From the human T2T-CHM13v2.0 reference genome, Homo sapiens, in NCBI RefSeq assembly GCF_009914755.1, contig NC_060938.1: DNA of 64,000 nucleotides. One strand, 5' to 3'. Shown piece by piece: positions 1 through 13,589 of this stretch; position 1 is the first letter of the stretch, and every line of letters starts with the position of its first letter. The notes below the pieces were generated by a model, which did not search any database, was not told the DNA's origin, and saw nothing but the letters and a program-made list of their open reading frames with translations. A program made the translations under genes and the position numbers.

Positions 1-1190
1 GCCATTAGTATGTCTTCTTTGGGAAAATATCTGTCCAAATCATGTGTCTATTTTTAAATTGGGTTTTCTTGCTATTGAATTGTTTGTGTTCCTTATATAT
101 TTTGCATATTAACCCCTATGAGATGTATGGTTTGCAGATTTGTTTTCCTGACCTGGAAGTTGTCTCTTCATTTTGTTAATTGTTCCTTTGCTGGGCATAA
201 GGTTTTTAATTTGATGACATTCTACTTGTCTATTTTTACTTTTGTTGTCTGTGTTTTTGGGGTCTTATTAAAAAAATCATTGTCTATGCCAATGTTGTGG
301 AGCTTTTCCTCTAGTAGTTTTATAGTTTCAGATTTTATGTTGAAGTTTTTAATCCATTTTGAGTTGATTTTTGTATATTGGGTGAGATAAAGATCTAATT
401 TCATTCTGCATGTTGATAACCAGTTTTCCCAAAACCATTTATTGAAGATACTGTCTTTTTCCCATTGTGTTCTCTCGGCACCTTTGTCCAAAATCAATTG
501 ATTGTAAATGTGTGAGTTTATTTATGAACTTTTAATTCTGCTCCATTGGCTGATGTATCTGTTTTTATGCCAGTATTATGCTGTTTTGATTATAATCACT
601 TTATAATATATTTTGAAGTCAGGGATGTAATGCCTCCAGCTTTGTTCTTTTTGTTTAAGATTTTTTGTATGTGGCTATTCAGTGTCTTTTGTGGTTCTAT
701 ATGGATTTAAGGATTTCCCCCCCTATTTCTATGCAAAATGACATTGGAATTTTAATAGGAATTGAATTGAACCTGTAAATGGGTTTAGGTAGCATAGACA
801 CTTTAACAATTTTAGTTCTTTCAACCCATGAACACAGGGTATATTTCCATTTATTTGTGTTTTCTTCAATTTCTTTCACTAGTGTTTTATAGTTTTCAGC
901 ATACAGGTCTTTCACCATCTAGGTTAAATTTAGACAATATTTTTGGTGCTATTGTAAATGGGCTTATTTTCTTCATTTCAAGTTAATTACCTATTAGGAT
1001 ATAGAGTCACTACTGAATTTTTTTTGATGATTTTCTATCCAGCAATTTTACTGAAGTCATTTATCAGTTCTAACAGTTTTTTTTTTTTGTGTGAGGTAGT
1101 TTGGATTTTCTGTATATAAAATCGTGTCATCAGCAAATAGAGACAATCTCACCTCTTCTTTTTTCTATAAAGATGCCTTTTATTTCTTCT
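1..1190 (-). mobile_element. Old LINE-1 (L1M-type) ORF2 fragment
   Basis: Minus-strand ORFs 222-497 and 697-918 resemble L1 ORF2p ([36 protein letters not shown]) and are broken by stops. Confidence 0.9.
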
Positions 1191-1920
1191 TGTTCTTCTA
1201 GGATAAGTCTACTTTTCTTCCACGTAACAACCACAGGATAGATGACATTCATTTTCTAAGAAACAAAATCTTGGCAGTTAGATCCGTGGGGTAAAGAATA
1301 TAGATACTAATGTAAGTTAACACCTCAAGTTCATGTCCTTGGTTTGGATGCTTTGTTCAGGAGTGTTTAGTGGTATTTCAAAGGAATCAATATCTATAAC
1401 AAATTAAAATAACCAGGAATGGACCAGTGATGGAAATGTGTTCCGAAAATATGTTTAATATAATTTGGCACAACTGAAGTGATAAAAATATAGTAGTTAG
1501 ACCATTTATATTCACAATTATTTAACATTGTATCTTATTTTCTACCTCAAATGATTTAATCTTTTCCATATTGGTATGGTCCTGGCCGATAACTCTTTGT
1601 GTGGCAGCCTGAGAGAATATGGAAGACACTGTCAGTGTTGGAAGATGGTGGTTTTATCACTTTTCATTGCACTGTCTTTAAAACATGGGCAAATTGACTA
1701 AAAGAAGACTACAGAAGAAATAATGGTGATTGTGAATTTGGTATGAAGCATGGATGTTAATTAATCACACATGTTCTCTGAGGTCCATTGTAAAAGGAGA
1801 CCTAGTCTTCAGGGAGAGAGCCACTAATGGGGAGATCTTATTCCTAGAATTTTGTGGTTATATTATTATTCATGAACCAATGAATAATAAATGAATGATA
1901 TAAAGGAAGAAAAACGTGCT

Positions 1921-1994
1921 TGGACCAATGATGAGTACCATGGGGTATCTGAAACAGGATTTTTGATTAAACCCATATGCAATTCTGAGGTCCA
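1921..1994 (+). ncRNA. SNORD113-4: Box C/D snoRNA, SNORD113 (14q(I)) family
   Basis: TGGACC/GGTCCA stem, box C ATGATGA, D' CTGA, C'-like TTGATTA, box D CTGA; number from recall and order. Confidence 0.9.
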
Positions 1995-3616
1995 TTACAA
2001 AGAGACACGTATTATTCCTTTTTTGGGAAGTGAGCCTATGGTACCTTTTCCTTGGACTTTGTGGTTCTTGGGGATGGATTGCATTTTTGTTATAAAATCA
2101 GCCCATGAATTAAAAATTTATCAATGAGTAAAACATAAAGCATAAGTCATGTACTTATTATCAGTGACTGTAATGAAACATGGATTATTATTAAAACTTA
2201 TCTGAGACTCCCAATAAATTAATACCCAAGGCTTCTACCATTCTGGTAAGGAGCATATGGTCATTTGTATGCAAGAGTCAGTTTTTGTTCTGTGTTGGTG
2301 GTGGGTTGCTGACTATTTTATGAAGAAAATGAAGCATCTTTAATCATATAAATAGTTGGTTAAATAACCACTTAATTGAGACCAAGCAGAGACCAATGAT
2401 GAGTGTATTAATCTATTTTTTAATGGATTTTTATTAAACAAATAATAAAAGAAACACAGTCTATTCTTCCTGAGGGCAATAACTCTAGACAGATGTAAAT
2501 ATTCTTCAGTGTTCTTGTCCAGTGCTGTGAGATCACAGATACTGATGTCTTTTGTATATGAGAAGGAACTTGCATTTTTATGTCTCAGTTTATATTTTAG
2601 AGTCAGCAAACCATGGACCAATTAGGAACAAATGTTATGATATGAGAATGCTGATTCTTGTTTTTTTTTTTCATGATAGACATTCTAAGAAAAACTCTAG
2701 GCTCTCTCATTGTTTTTGGAATACATACATGGTTCTTTCCAAGTAGTTTCTTAGAAAAATGTTTTTAAAAAGAGGCTTTTAAAAAGAGCCTTTTAAAATG
2801 TTTTTAAAAGAAGGCTTTATTTTTCTCTATAGAATGAAAACCATGTAGCTGGTCTTATTATTCTCTAATCATGAAGACCATTATTGTTATTTGTGGACTA
2901 AGGAGCAGAAAGACTGATGTAAGTAAACATCAAATTGATGTTTTGGGCTTGGACTGTATTCATTCATGGGAACCCACTACATTATTTTGATAAAATAAAT
3001 GGTTAAATAACACATGAAATTAAGGAATGCCAGTCATGGACCTATGATTGTAATGTGTCATCAACAAAATTTTATGATTAATTCAACCCAACCCAACTGA
3101 AGACCATTGTTAAATAAAGGAAGAGCATTTCATATATTGTCATAGTAATTTAAATTCCCATTTAATGTTTTTGCTATAGTTGCTTAACATATTCCTTCAC
3201 GGACAGACATTGAAGTTGTTGAGTTTTTGAGGTAGAGGTACCTTGGGAGATATTATATATTAATTTGCTTAATTGTGGGCTCACATGGTAGATCCATGGT
3301 TTGCAATCACATTAATGAGTAGACAAATCAAGTGGAAGGGAAGCTGGTAGACACCAATCATAAGTATGAGATTTAAATGCAGCAGAGTCGCTGATGAATC
3401 TCTATGTGTAAACTTGAGGTTGATCACAAAATATGATCTAGTCTATTTGTTCTGCATGAAAGAGAGTAATGAACAGATCTTGGTTCTATTAAAGACTTCT
3501 GTTCTCAGTTTTGTGTCATTAAGGGATATTGATCATATAATTATTATTCCTGAAACCATGAATGACTGAGTCAGTTCAACAAGGTATAAATGAATGAAGA
3601 AATAGAATGCCTAGCC

Positions 3617-3693
3617 TGGATCAATGATGAGTATTGGTGGAGGTGTCTGAATCAACACTTTTGATTAAGCCCTCTGTGTAACTCTGAGATCTG
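3617..3693 (+). ncRNA. SNORD113-5: Box C/D snoRNA, SNORD113 family
   Basis: TGGATCAATGATGA...CTGAGATCTG. Confidence 0.9.
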
Positions 3694-4985
3694 TTATTGA
3701 ATGAGAACCAGCCTATATTCTCTGTAGAAATTACCTAATAGAAGTTAGGAAAATTCAATAAAACTTGTTCCTGAACTTTTGTAGTTCAAAGATATGGAAT
3801 GTATTATTTTAAGTGAATTCAATGCGTAAATAGAGAAATGTGTATACATGAGAGAAGATTAACAGTCCTACTTATGGAACTATTCTTTGAGTACAATGAA
3901 AAAGTATTATAAATATTAACACTGGCAATAAAACAAGTATAATTATTAATCTGAGGTAAAATCCTATTATACAGAACATATTGTATCTGCAGTTGAGACA
4001 ATTTTTTTGGTTTTATAGTTTGCTTTTTTTTTAATTAAGAAAAGGGAAAGTGTTTGCATCAGCCAGAAATCCATTAAGTAATATCTACTTAACAGATTTT
4101 TATATAGACAAATATTCATAATCATTACAGATCTTATTCTTGGGCTAGGTGACGCATTAGTGTCTATTATACTATTTAAAACTAAAAGTTCAATACTGGC
4201 CTGAAAAAATTGCATTTTTGAGCCAAGGTTTATTGTTATCTAGTTCTGCTTGACTAACATCCATTGAGAAAACCGTATATCTATTCTAAATCTGCCTTTT
4301 TCCCTCCAGAGTGGACATAGGCCAGCTGATTTAATAATTTAAGAAAGAACTGTTATCCTGAGTAAGGAGCATAGAGACAAATATAAGTAAGTTCCTTATT
4401 TCAAGTTCTTTCTTTGAATGGTTTGTTTTTGGGTGTTAGCTAAAGGATTTCAAAGGAATCAATGTCTACATACGTGAAATAAATAACACACCCCAAATGC
4501 ACCAATGATGGGAATGTGTAATGAACCATGAATTATGTTTAATCTAAATCGTCACAACTGAGTTGATTATAAAAGAAGACAAAAGTTAACTTATTCTCAG
4601 AGCAGCTCAACATTATTCTTTATTTCATGCCATGGTTATTTTACACGTTCCCTTATGGGTAGAGATCCTGGCTGACATCCGTTTTGGGGCAGCGCATGAG
4701 AATATGGAAATAGGTGATTTCGTTGTTTTTTATCAGGCCATCGTTGACATATGTATGAATTAAATAGAAGTGGGCTATATCAGAACGAATGCTGAATGTG
4801 AACTGAGAGCATGCAGGGGCATTGACCAATTCACATGTGCACCTTTACGTGTCATGGCCTAAGAAATGTAGTCTAGCTCTATGGGCCAAGAGCCTAAAAT
4901 TTAATGATCTTGTTTTGGGGATTTTTGATTGTATCGTTATTTGTGAGTCAATAGGTCAATCAATAGATGAAAAAAATGCACATCA

Positions 4986-5059
4986 TGGACCAGTGATGAA
5001 TATCATGGGGTTTCTGAAACAACATTTTTGATTAAACCCATCTGCAACTCTGAGGTCCA
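4986..5059 (+). ncRNA. SNORD113-6: Box C/D snoRNA, SNORD113 family
   Basis: TGGACCAGTGATGA...CTGAGGTCCA. Confidence 0.9.
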
Positions 5060-6555
5060 TTACAAAGAGACACCTCTTTATTCTTCATGGAAAATGAGTC
5101 TAGGACCTTGTTCATGGGCCTTTTGTGGTTTGAGGGTATGAATTAATTATTATAATAAACTTAGTCCATGAATATAGAATTTTATCAATGAATGAAGAAT
5201 AAGAAAGGTATGCATGCACTTACCTACTAAGGCATGTAATGCAACATGGATTATTATTGAAACAATTTTGAGGTTCTTAGTCCCAATAAATTAGTGGCTA
5301 AGGCTCTATTCATTTTGGTAAGGAGCATATGGTCATCTGTGCACAAGACTGAATGTTTTTGTTCTGTGTTGAGGCAGGTTACTGGTTGATCATTTTATTA
5401 AGGAAAAAGAAATACATTTACATAAATAAATAGTTGACTGAGTAACTGTAATTGAGAGAGGGAGAGCATGGAATGATGATGAGATCTATATACAACGACA
5501 CTCATGATTAATTCAGTCTTTTATGGAATTTTACTTAAGCAAACAGACAAGTTTGGTACTAGATTCACAGCGTTTATTATATTATCTAAAACAAAAAATT
5601 TCATGGTGAGAGATATTTCATCTTGACAAAAACAATTTATGTAAGTTAATAAATAGAAGTGTTCTCTCTTCTCAAGTGTTCAGAATAGGGTACAAAACAA
5701 GGTTTATGATTGTTTACTACAGAGCTATGATTCATTTTAAAGAGCTAAACATATAGTATTTGATTCTTTTTAAAATTTGCGTTTTATGCTGCAGAATGAA
5801 CGCACTCTACCTGATTTAATTATAGTCTTCTGGTGAAGATCTTGCTGTTATCTCTGTGAATCAGGAGAGAAGAGATTGATGTAAGTAAAAATCAAACTTT
5901 GTGTTCTCGCTTGGGAAACTTGATCAAGTTTATTCATTGAATTATTTCAAAGGAATAAAAGGCTACATACATAAATGAGTCAAAGGTGGTTATGCATGGA
6001 ACAATGGTAGAAATGTGTTATGAATTAAGAATTATGATTAATCCATTTCAGCACAACGAAATTCATTAGGACAAAAAGTTGAAAGGTATTTCTGTCATTT
6101 TCAGAATGCCTTAATATGCTGTTTTTGTACCATAGTGGATTTAAATACTTCCCCATTGTGATTGTTATTGACAGTTAACTAATTGAGGGAAGAACATAAG
6201 AAAATGGAAAACCTTGCCTATAGCTGTGGTATAACTTGGTGGTTATACCATGATATAACCATAGTAACGTCTTAAAAATACGGATGTTAAATGAAAAAAG
6301 CCCAACCATGGACTAATGGAATATATGGAATTGACGTGGTGCAATTTGTGGAATGAATTAATTCACCTTTGCAATACTGAGGCTCATTACAGAGAGAGCC
6401 AGTCCTCTAGTTCTGTGGAATATGAATCTTACAGACATAGTTACTTCTTCAAGGATCTTTTTGCCCTCTAATTCATGGATAGTGATTTTACTATTAGTGA
6501 ATCAATGCCTAAATCAAGAACAGTATAATTGAATTAAAGCACAGAATACCAAGTC

Positions 6556-6631
6556 TGGATCAATGATGAGTATGCGTGGGGCATCTGAATCAAATATTCT
6601 GATTATACCCTGTCTGTATCTCTGAGGTCCA
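6556..6631 (+). ncRNA. SNORD113-7: Box C/D snoRNA, SNORD113 family
   Basis: TGGATCAATGATGA...CTGAGGTCCA. Confidence 0.9.
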
Positions 6632-7529
6632 TTGCATCTATGGGAAATGTGCTTGGAGAGAAAGTTAGACATATTCAAGGAATATGTTTTTGGTCCTTTT
6701 TGGTTAATGGGTATAGATTGTATTATAAGTAAATCAATGAATGAATAAAGAAAAATACAAATAAAGACAAGGAAGGCTTCATTTCATTCAATTATGAAAG
6801 GAGCTAATGATGTTTTGAGTTTATATAAGTCTGCTCCTCCTTCGAGAGCATATAGATAGATATGCACTCAGTGTTCCGAGTTAGTGGCAAGTTTCTGGTT
6901 GCGTGTCTTGTTTGATTTAGAAAGGGATAAAACATATACTTAAATGATGTATTTAGTTTAATAATACTTAATATAATAAATATTAGCCAATAAAATTAAC
7001 ATTCATATTCAATAATAACAATATTGCAAATCATGCTAAACACATTAACATAATTTTTATAATAAACAACAATTTAATACAATTAATAATAAACACTAAA
7101 ATACTAATGATTAGGTTGTGAAATGTGGAGAAAGTCTAAGGATGAACGTTGAAAATTTGAATATAATAACCAAAAATCCTCTTATGTTTGCTCATTTTTA
7201 TTTAAAAAGAAAAATGCAAATGCATTTTTATGACTTTCATGAGTAATAAGTGAATAAATAGATGCTAGTGTCATGAAGGGTTTTTGTCCAGTGTCTTCTG
7301 AATTCATGAATAGTGGCACTATTATTATGAGTAAAAGAATCATTTTATATCTCCATCCCTTATTTAAAAGAGGGCAAATCATGGACTAGTGAGAAGCATA
7401 TGTAATGTATGAAAGGGTGTGATTAATCTTGTCTATCCTCTTGAGGTTTACTTAAACAAAAAGGTCCAGGACCCTCCTTCCTTTGGAAGGGTTGTGAAGA
7501 CCCACTCTCTAGACATATTTTGATATTAA

Positions 7530-7672
7530 CATTTAAATGGAAATTAATTAAAAATAAAAATTCAGTTCCTCAGTCGCACTAGCCACACCCCAAGCCACAT
7601 GTCGCAAGTGACCACCATTTCAGAATTGCCAATAGAGAACACTCGTATCACCGAAGAACGTTCCCACAGTGC
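7530..7672 (-). mobile_element. MER3-like hAT DNA transposon fragment
   Basis: aaattcagttcctcagtcgcactagccaca matches my recall of the MER3 consensus (reverse strand). Confidence 0.7.
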
Positions 7673-8880
7673 ATACAGGGCTAATATGAACAGTTGCAGG
7701 TAATAGTATTTAATTTTAGGTAGCAGGTGTCTTCACCATTTTGAGTTTTCTTTAGAAAGGAGAGTAGATAATTAAATTATTTTTTGAGTTATTAAATAGA
7801 TGAGTAAATAAACAAATCAGTAAATAGTTTGAATTAAAATAACTGTGGCCCACTGGTCAGATTGTGTTATAAAACAACAATTTAAATTCGTCTTATAGTG
7901 CAAAAGTTTTCCTCATTAAAAATGTGTCTTCCCTTTATGCTAGGAATACCTAGGCAGATATTGAAAACTGCTCTTCTAGTGTTTGGTGGTAGATTCAAAA
8001 ATGTTCATGATATTATTTCATGCTAAGAATTATGTCAATACATGAAAAAGAACTACTGTTGGGTTGATGATTAAAATTTGACACAAACCAATGTTTATGA
8101 TCCATCCAGTAATGGAGAACTAACTTCTACTTAAAAATGGATTTTAAAATGTACACTTTTTATTCTTATAAAAATCTGCCTTTTCCTCCAGAAGGAATAG
8201 ACGAGATTGGATTTGGTCATTTCCCCAAGGTGAAGAGCATGGCGATTTCTTCTGTGGTAAGGAGCAATGTGAGTAATGGAGTTTCTGTTGGTGGGTTATG
8301 TGGTTGGTTCATGTGTGATTATTGAAGAAAGGAACAAAAGGCCATATACACAAAAATGAAAACATCAAGTAACAACCAATAATAGGAATGTGTTGTAGGC
8401 CAAGGAGTAGGACTGACCCATTTCAGCACAATAGAGACTTATTTTTTAAAAAGGTAGAAGGAATTTAATTTTCAGAAGTGTTTCATATTTTGTAGTATTT
8501 CTGCGCCATACCTGATTTAAGCATTTCCATATTGGAAGAGATTCAGGCTGTTAACTGTTCAGGAGAAGCTCTTGTAAGGTGAAACATGCTGTTTGTGTTC
8601 TAGTGGGGGATACCATTGTGGATTTTCATTGTTCATTATACCACCTTTAAAATTAGGCAAATTAAATGAACATAGCCCAGTCATCGGCCATTCATGTTGA
8701 TAGTACTGATCTGAAGCAAGATTTGTTGATTATTCCATGTGTGGCACTGAGATCTAGTCTGACAGCTTTGTGGGAATTGAGCCTAGAGATATATTGTTGT
8801 GATATCCAGGATCTTGTTCTTAGAATTTGTGATTCATGGGAAAATGAAGGTATACATGAATGAAGAAAGAGTGCCAAGCC

Positions 8881-8953
8881 TGGACCAATGATGAGATTGG
8901 AGGGTGTCTGAATCAAAAATTTTGATTAAAGCCATCTGTAACTCTGAGGTCCA
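8881..8953 (+). ncRNA. SNORD113-8: Box C/D snoRNA, SNORD113 family
   Basis: TGGACCAATGATGA...CTGAGGTCCA. Confidence 0.9.
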
Positions 8954-9751
8954 TTTTAAAAAGAGGCCCCCATTTTTCCCTCTAGGGAAATGAGCTTATA
9001 ACACAAGTTCAGAATATTCAGGTATCTTGATCATGGGTGTTCATAGTTTTTTGGTATAGATTCCATTTTATAAGTAAATCAATGCATAAATTTTGCATAA
9101 ATGGGTAAATATAAGGAGAGCTTGGCATTGACCAATTATGAGAGTATGTAATGACGAATGGATTATTATTATATGCTTCGATAGCACTGAATTCCAGTGA
9201 TATATAATGATAGAGGCTGTTGCCTTGTTTTGGAAGGCGTATGTGGACAGATGTATGCCAGACACAAAATAATTGTTTGATGTTGATGGTTGTTTACTGA
9301 TTGGTTTTATTTAGAGGAGGGAAAATTGCATAAATAAATAATAGATGAAACAGTTATTTAATTGGAAATAAATGAGCATGTTTCAACTTGAGAATATTCC
9401 TTATGAAAAGTTATTATAAATCCAACTCTGTACTGAGTTTTATTAAAAACTAAAAAAAGCATCTAGTTTCTAAATCTTGTGGATAGCATAATGGACATAT
9501 GGAGACATAATATTATTCAAGCTTCTTCTATAATGTAAGTAAATTCCTATATATTGAATTGTTACATGTGAATAGAATATGTCCTTGTCACAATTAATTT
9601 TTTAAAAGAGGGCGTAACACAACTGAGTGAGAAATGAAAATGAAAGTTAGTCTTTTTCTAAACTACTGATGCTGTCTTCCTGGTTAGGTGTGGGAATATA
9701 GACATTGAACATGAAAAGCATTTCTGTTGTGGGTTCTTCATGAGTTTACTG

Positions 9752-9754
<3 letters not shown>

Positions 9755-9787
<33 letters not shown>
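9755..9787. repeat. (TG)n microsatellite
   Basis: Direct reading. Confidence 0.95.
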
Positions 9788-9789
<2 letters not shown>

Positions 9790-10577
9790 GTATTTGTGAA
9801 TGTATAATGAAATATTCCATGCGTCATAACATAAACAAATCAAAACAATAAATGAATTCATATATAAGTAGGGTAAAGCATTTACCATTGGTGATAATAT
9901 GCCATGAATCATGAATTTAAATTCATCCATTTCTACACATGTTGAGTCCATTAAATAAAAAAGATGATCTAAAGCGGTTGCCTGTGTAGGTGTCTATAGA
10001 CAGATGTGTGCCATAGTCATAGTTTTTGTTTTGGGTGATGAATTTAACAGTGTTTATTGTATTATTTAAAGTTAATAGTTAAATCAGGAAATAAAAATAA
10101 GTGCAGTTCTTGGGTCAGTGATAAAAATGGGATTTGAATCAACTTTATGATTAATTTAATATCACACAACTAATGTCTTTTAAGTCAATCTAAATCTGTA
10201 CTGTTCATTCTTTTGAAAATTTGTATTCAACTCCACAGAATGAAGACCATGGTTGATTTAATCAGTCTCTGCTGATGAAGATCTTGGCTGTTACCTTTGT
10301 GTGTAAGGAAGCTAAAGACTTAAGTAAATAACAGTCCAAAAACTTGTCAATTAGGGTAAATTTTTCATTAATGTTCACTGAATTATTTAAAGTTAAGGCA
10401 TATGTAGATCAATGAGATGAATGTGTTATGAAACTTAGATTGTGGTTAGTCCAATTAAGCACAATTTTGGTTAAAAATAAGATGAAAGACATTTTATTCA
10501 TTTTTTTATCTGATTAATAATTCATCTTATTTTGTACTGCATTTAATTTAAGATTTATTCACTAATAAAATCTATGG

Positions 10578-10783
10578 CTGCACTGTTCAATGTCGTTTCC
10601 TCTATCCACATGTGGCTATTTATATTTAAAATAATTAAAGGTACATGCACTTTTAAATGTAATTTCTTGGTTGCATTAGCCACATTTCTAGTGCTCAGCA
10701 GCTGTATGTTGCTATTGGTGACTGTAATGGAGAACGCAGTTACAGTACGTTTACATTATATGCAAAGTCCTGTTAGACAGCTC
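10578..10783 (-). mobile_element. MER3-like DNA transposon
   Basis: ccacatgtggctatt...tagccacatttctagtgctc...gacagc termini; explains most of ORF 10574-10987. Confidence 0.65.
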
Positions 10784-11078
10784 TTTAATGAGGGAGGAAT
10801 GCATGGAAAGGTGGAAGATAAGTGGAATGAGATGGCTAGGAAGCAAGGATGTTCATTGATCTATACTTGCTTCACTGTGGGCCACTACAAAAGGAGATCT
10901 AGTCTATTGAGAATAGGGCTAGTCTATGCGAAAAGAGCCTGTAAACAGATCTTGGTTATATTCAAGGATACTGTTTGTGGATGCTAAAATAACAATGGGT
11001 ATTGATTTTATTACTGCTACTGAATCAATGAATGGATCAATAAACAAAGGTATAAATGAAGGAAAAGATTGCTTATCC

Positions 11079-11149
11079 TGGATCAATGATGAGTACCCTG
11101 GGGTGTCTGAATCTTGGATTTTGATTAAACCCTATAACTCTGAGGTCCA
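11079..11149 (+). ncRNA. SNORD113-9: Box C/D snoRNA, SNORD113 family
   Basis: TGGATCAATGATGA...CTGAGGTCCA. Confidence 0.9.
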
Positions 11150-12390
11150 TTACAAAAAGAGTACTTTTCATTATGTCTATGGGAAATGAGCTTATTCCAG
11201 AAGCTAACAATAATCAGGATTTAGTTTTTGGGCTTCTGAGTATGGACTGTATTATTTTTAGTAAAGAAGTATATGGATAAATCAAGAAAAGTACGGTATA
11301 AATAACAGAATGGTTATTCCTGCTCCAAATATGAGAGTACATAAAATAATAGGAATCATTACTAATACGTTTCTGAAGCACTAAGTCCCAGTAAAATAAA
11401 TTAATCAAAGCTGACCCTTTGGGTAAGGAGCAGTTAGATAAATGGATGTTAGAGTCCATGTTGTTGTTCTGCTTGAGGGTGTTCATTTTTTTTTTTTTAA
11501 AGAAAAGGGCAAAATGTTTACTTTAATTATTGCTTAAATTACTACCTAATTGAGAGAGAGTTTACACATGGATCTATCTTGAGAATATGTCAAATGACCA
11601 GTTATAATGAATTCTAATAATCTTCACTATTTAAATTCAGTTCCTCAGTTTAATTTACGAAAGCAAGGAAAATGATCTGAATTTTCTGTCTAATGAGCAT
11701 GGGATGGGCATTGATATTGTCCAGTTTCTGTGAAGTCACAGACATAATGATTTTATTATAAATGTAAAAAGGAACAAATTAATGTCTCAATCAGTTATTC
11801 AAAATAAGGCCAAATCATGGACCAATGAGGGCCAGGTATTATGGAACAAAAAGAGTGATTAATCCAGTTCCATACAACAGCTCTCCAGTATTGTCATTAT
11901 TTCCATAAACAAAATTGAGGTAGGCTCTTGCATTTTTGGAATGGTGAATATGTTTATATATTTGGATAGTATTTCCCTTTCAGTCTCATTGGTGCAATTT
12001 CCTTAAAACACGGAATAGACATGCCTCCATGTGTAACTATTTAACTTTATATGTATGTGTGTATGCACGCATACACAATTGTTGAGAATGTACTCGAATC
12101 CAGGATTCAGATTAATTTAATTCTTTCTAGCAAGATTCATGTAGAAAGGAAATTTAACCCTTTCCTAGTTGAGTAGAAGGCAGATAAACAGACAGACGTG
12201 TTTAATAGTCACAATTATTATTATTTTGCCTGGTTTTACTTACAGTAGTTAAATTTCATACTTGAGTCAATTAGTCAATGAATCAATGTTGTTCATCTTT
12301 TAAATACACGACAAGTACCAGGGTTTATTTCTAATCAATAATTGTTGACTTGAACGGAATTTTAAAAAAATCTAAATCTAGGCTGATCCA

Positions 12391-12394
12391 TTTC

Positions 12395-12425
<31 letters not shown>

Positions 12426-12430
12426 TTCTC
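12391..12430. repeat. (TC)n microsatellite in the pyrimidine tract of a repeat exon
   Basis: Direct reading. Confidence 0.9.
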
Positions 12431-13175
12431 ATCTACCTATTATATTCACCTTGTACTCCACAGAATGAATGCGCAATGATTCAATTATTCTCCAGCGAGG
12501 AAGATCATGGTTGTTGTCTGTTTGAGTAATGAGTGTAGAAACCTATGTAAGTAACAAAGTGATTGCTTTTGCTTTAGTGGTTGTTAAGAGAGTTAAGTCT
12601 TTCTGGAAAGGAATAAATGACTATGTATACAAATAAAATGAATGAAGTTATATGTGAATCATTCAGCACATCTGTGGTCAGTTAAGGAGAAAAAAGCAAG
12701 ACCATCTTATTCATTTTAATAGTTAATTATTGAGTTAATTAATGTAAAAATAAATTATTCAATTTTATTTGAGTCACAGTTGATTTTAACCTCCCTCTAT
12801 AAAGACAGCTTATTCACATTCCAAGATGGAAGATATTGTCAGTGTGGAGTAAAATGGCAGCTTCGTAGTTCTTCATCATCACATCCTTAAAATATGGACA
12901 GGGTCAATGAAAGATGATCAAGCCTTGACCAATTAAGAGTATGGGATTAATATGAAGCAGATATGGTCATTAATCTGCTAATCTGAAAAACTGAATCTAT
13001 CACACAAAGGGATCTATCTTCCTTCCTCTGTGAGAAATGACCTATGAAGAGATGTCAGGGTTGTCTGATTTCTTGTTATTGGGTTTTTGGGATTCATAGG
13101 AATTGATTATACTGTTAGTAAATCAATGAAACATGAAATAATGTGTAAATGAATGATGATGAAGAATACTAAATA

Positions 13176-13249
13176 TGGACCAATGGTGGGTTTTTGTTGG
13201 GTATGAACCAAGGATTAAGATTAGTTCAAATATGCAGTAGTAGTGTCCA
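13176..13249 (+). pseudogene. Decayed SNORD113-like copy in the active slot of a unit
   Basis: TGGACCAATGGTGG...GTGTCCA; stem remnants present, boxes C and D mutated. Confidence 0.55.
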
Positions 13250-13449
13250 TTCCCAAGAGGGATAGTGGTAAATGAGCCCACAGACAATGTGGCAGTACTC
13301 ATGGTATTTAAGTTTTAAGGTTTTGATAGGTATTGATTATATTATTATAAATATATCGATGATTGAATCAGTGCACTAATGTAGAATAAAAGAAGAAAAG
13401 AATCTACTGTGGGCATATAGAATGAAATAATAATTTTTTGTTTCTTCTT

Positions 13450-13589
13450 TACATCTTAATTTTATTTTAAGTTCTGGGGTATATGTGCAGGATATGCAGG
13501 TTTGTTACCTAGGTAAATGTGTGCCATGGTGGTTTGCTGCACCTGTCAATCCATCACTTAGGTATTAAGCCCAGCATGAATTTGCTATT
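13450..13589 (-). mobile_element. L1PA 3' end fragment
   Basis: ttaagttctggggtatatgtgcagga...gtgccatggtggtttgctgcacc, typical reverse-strand primate L1 3' UTR. Confidence 0.85.
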
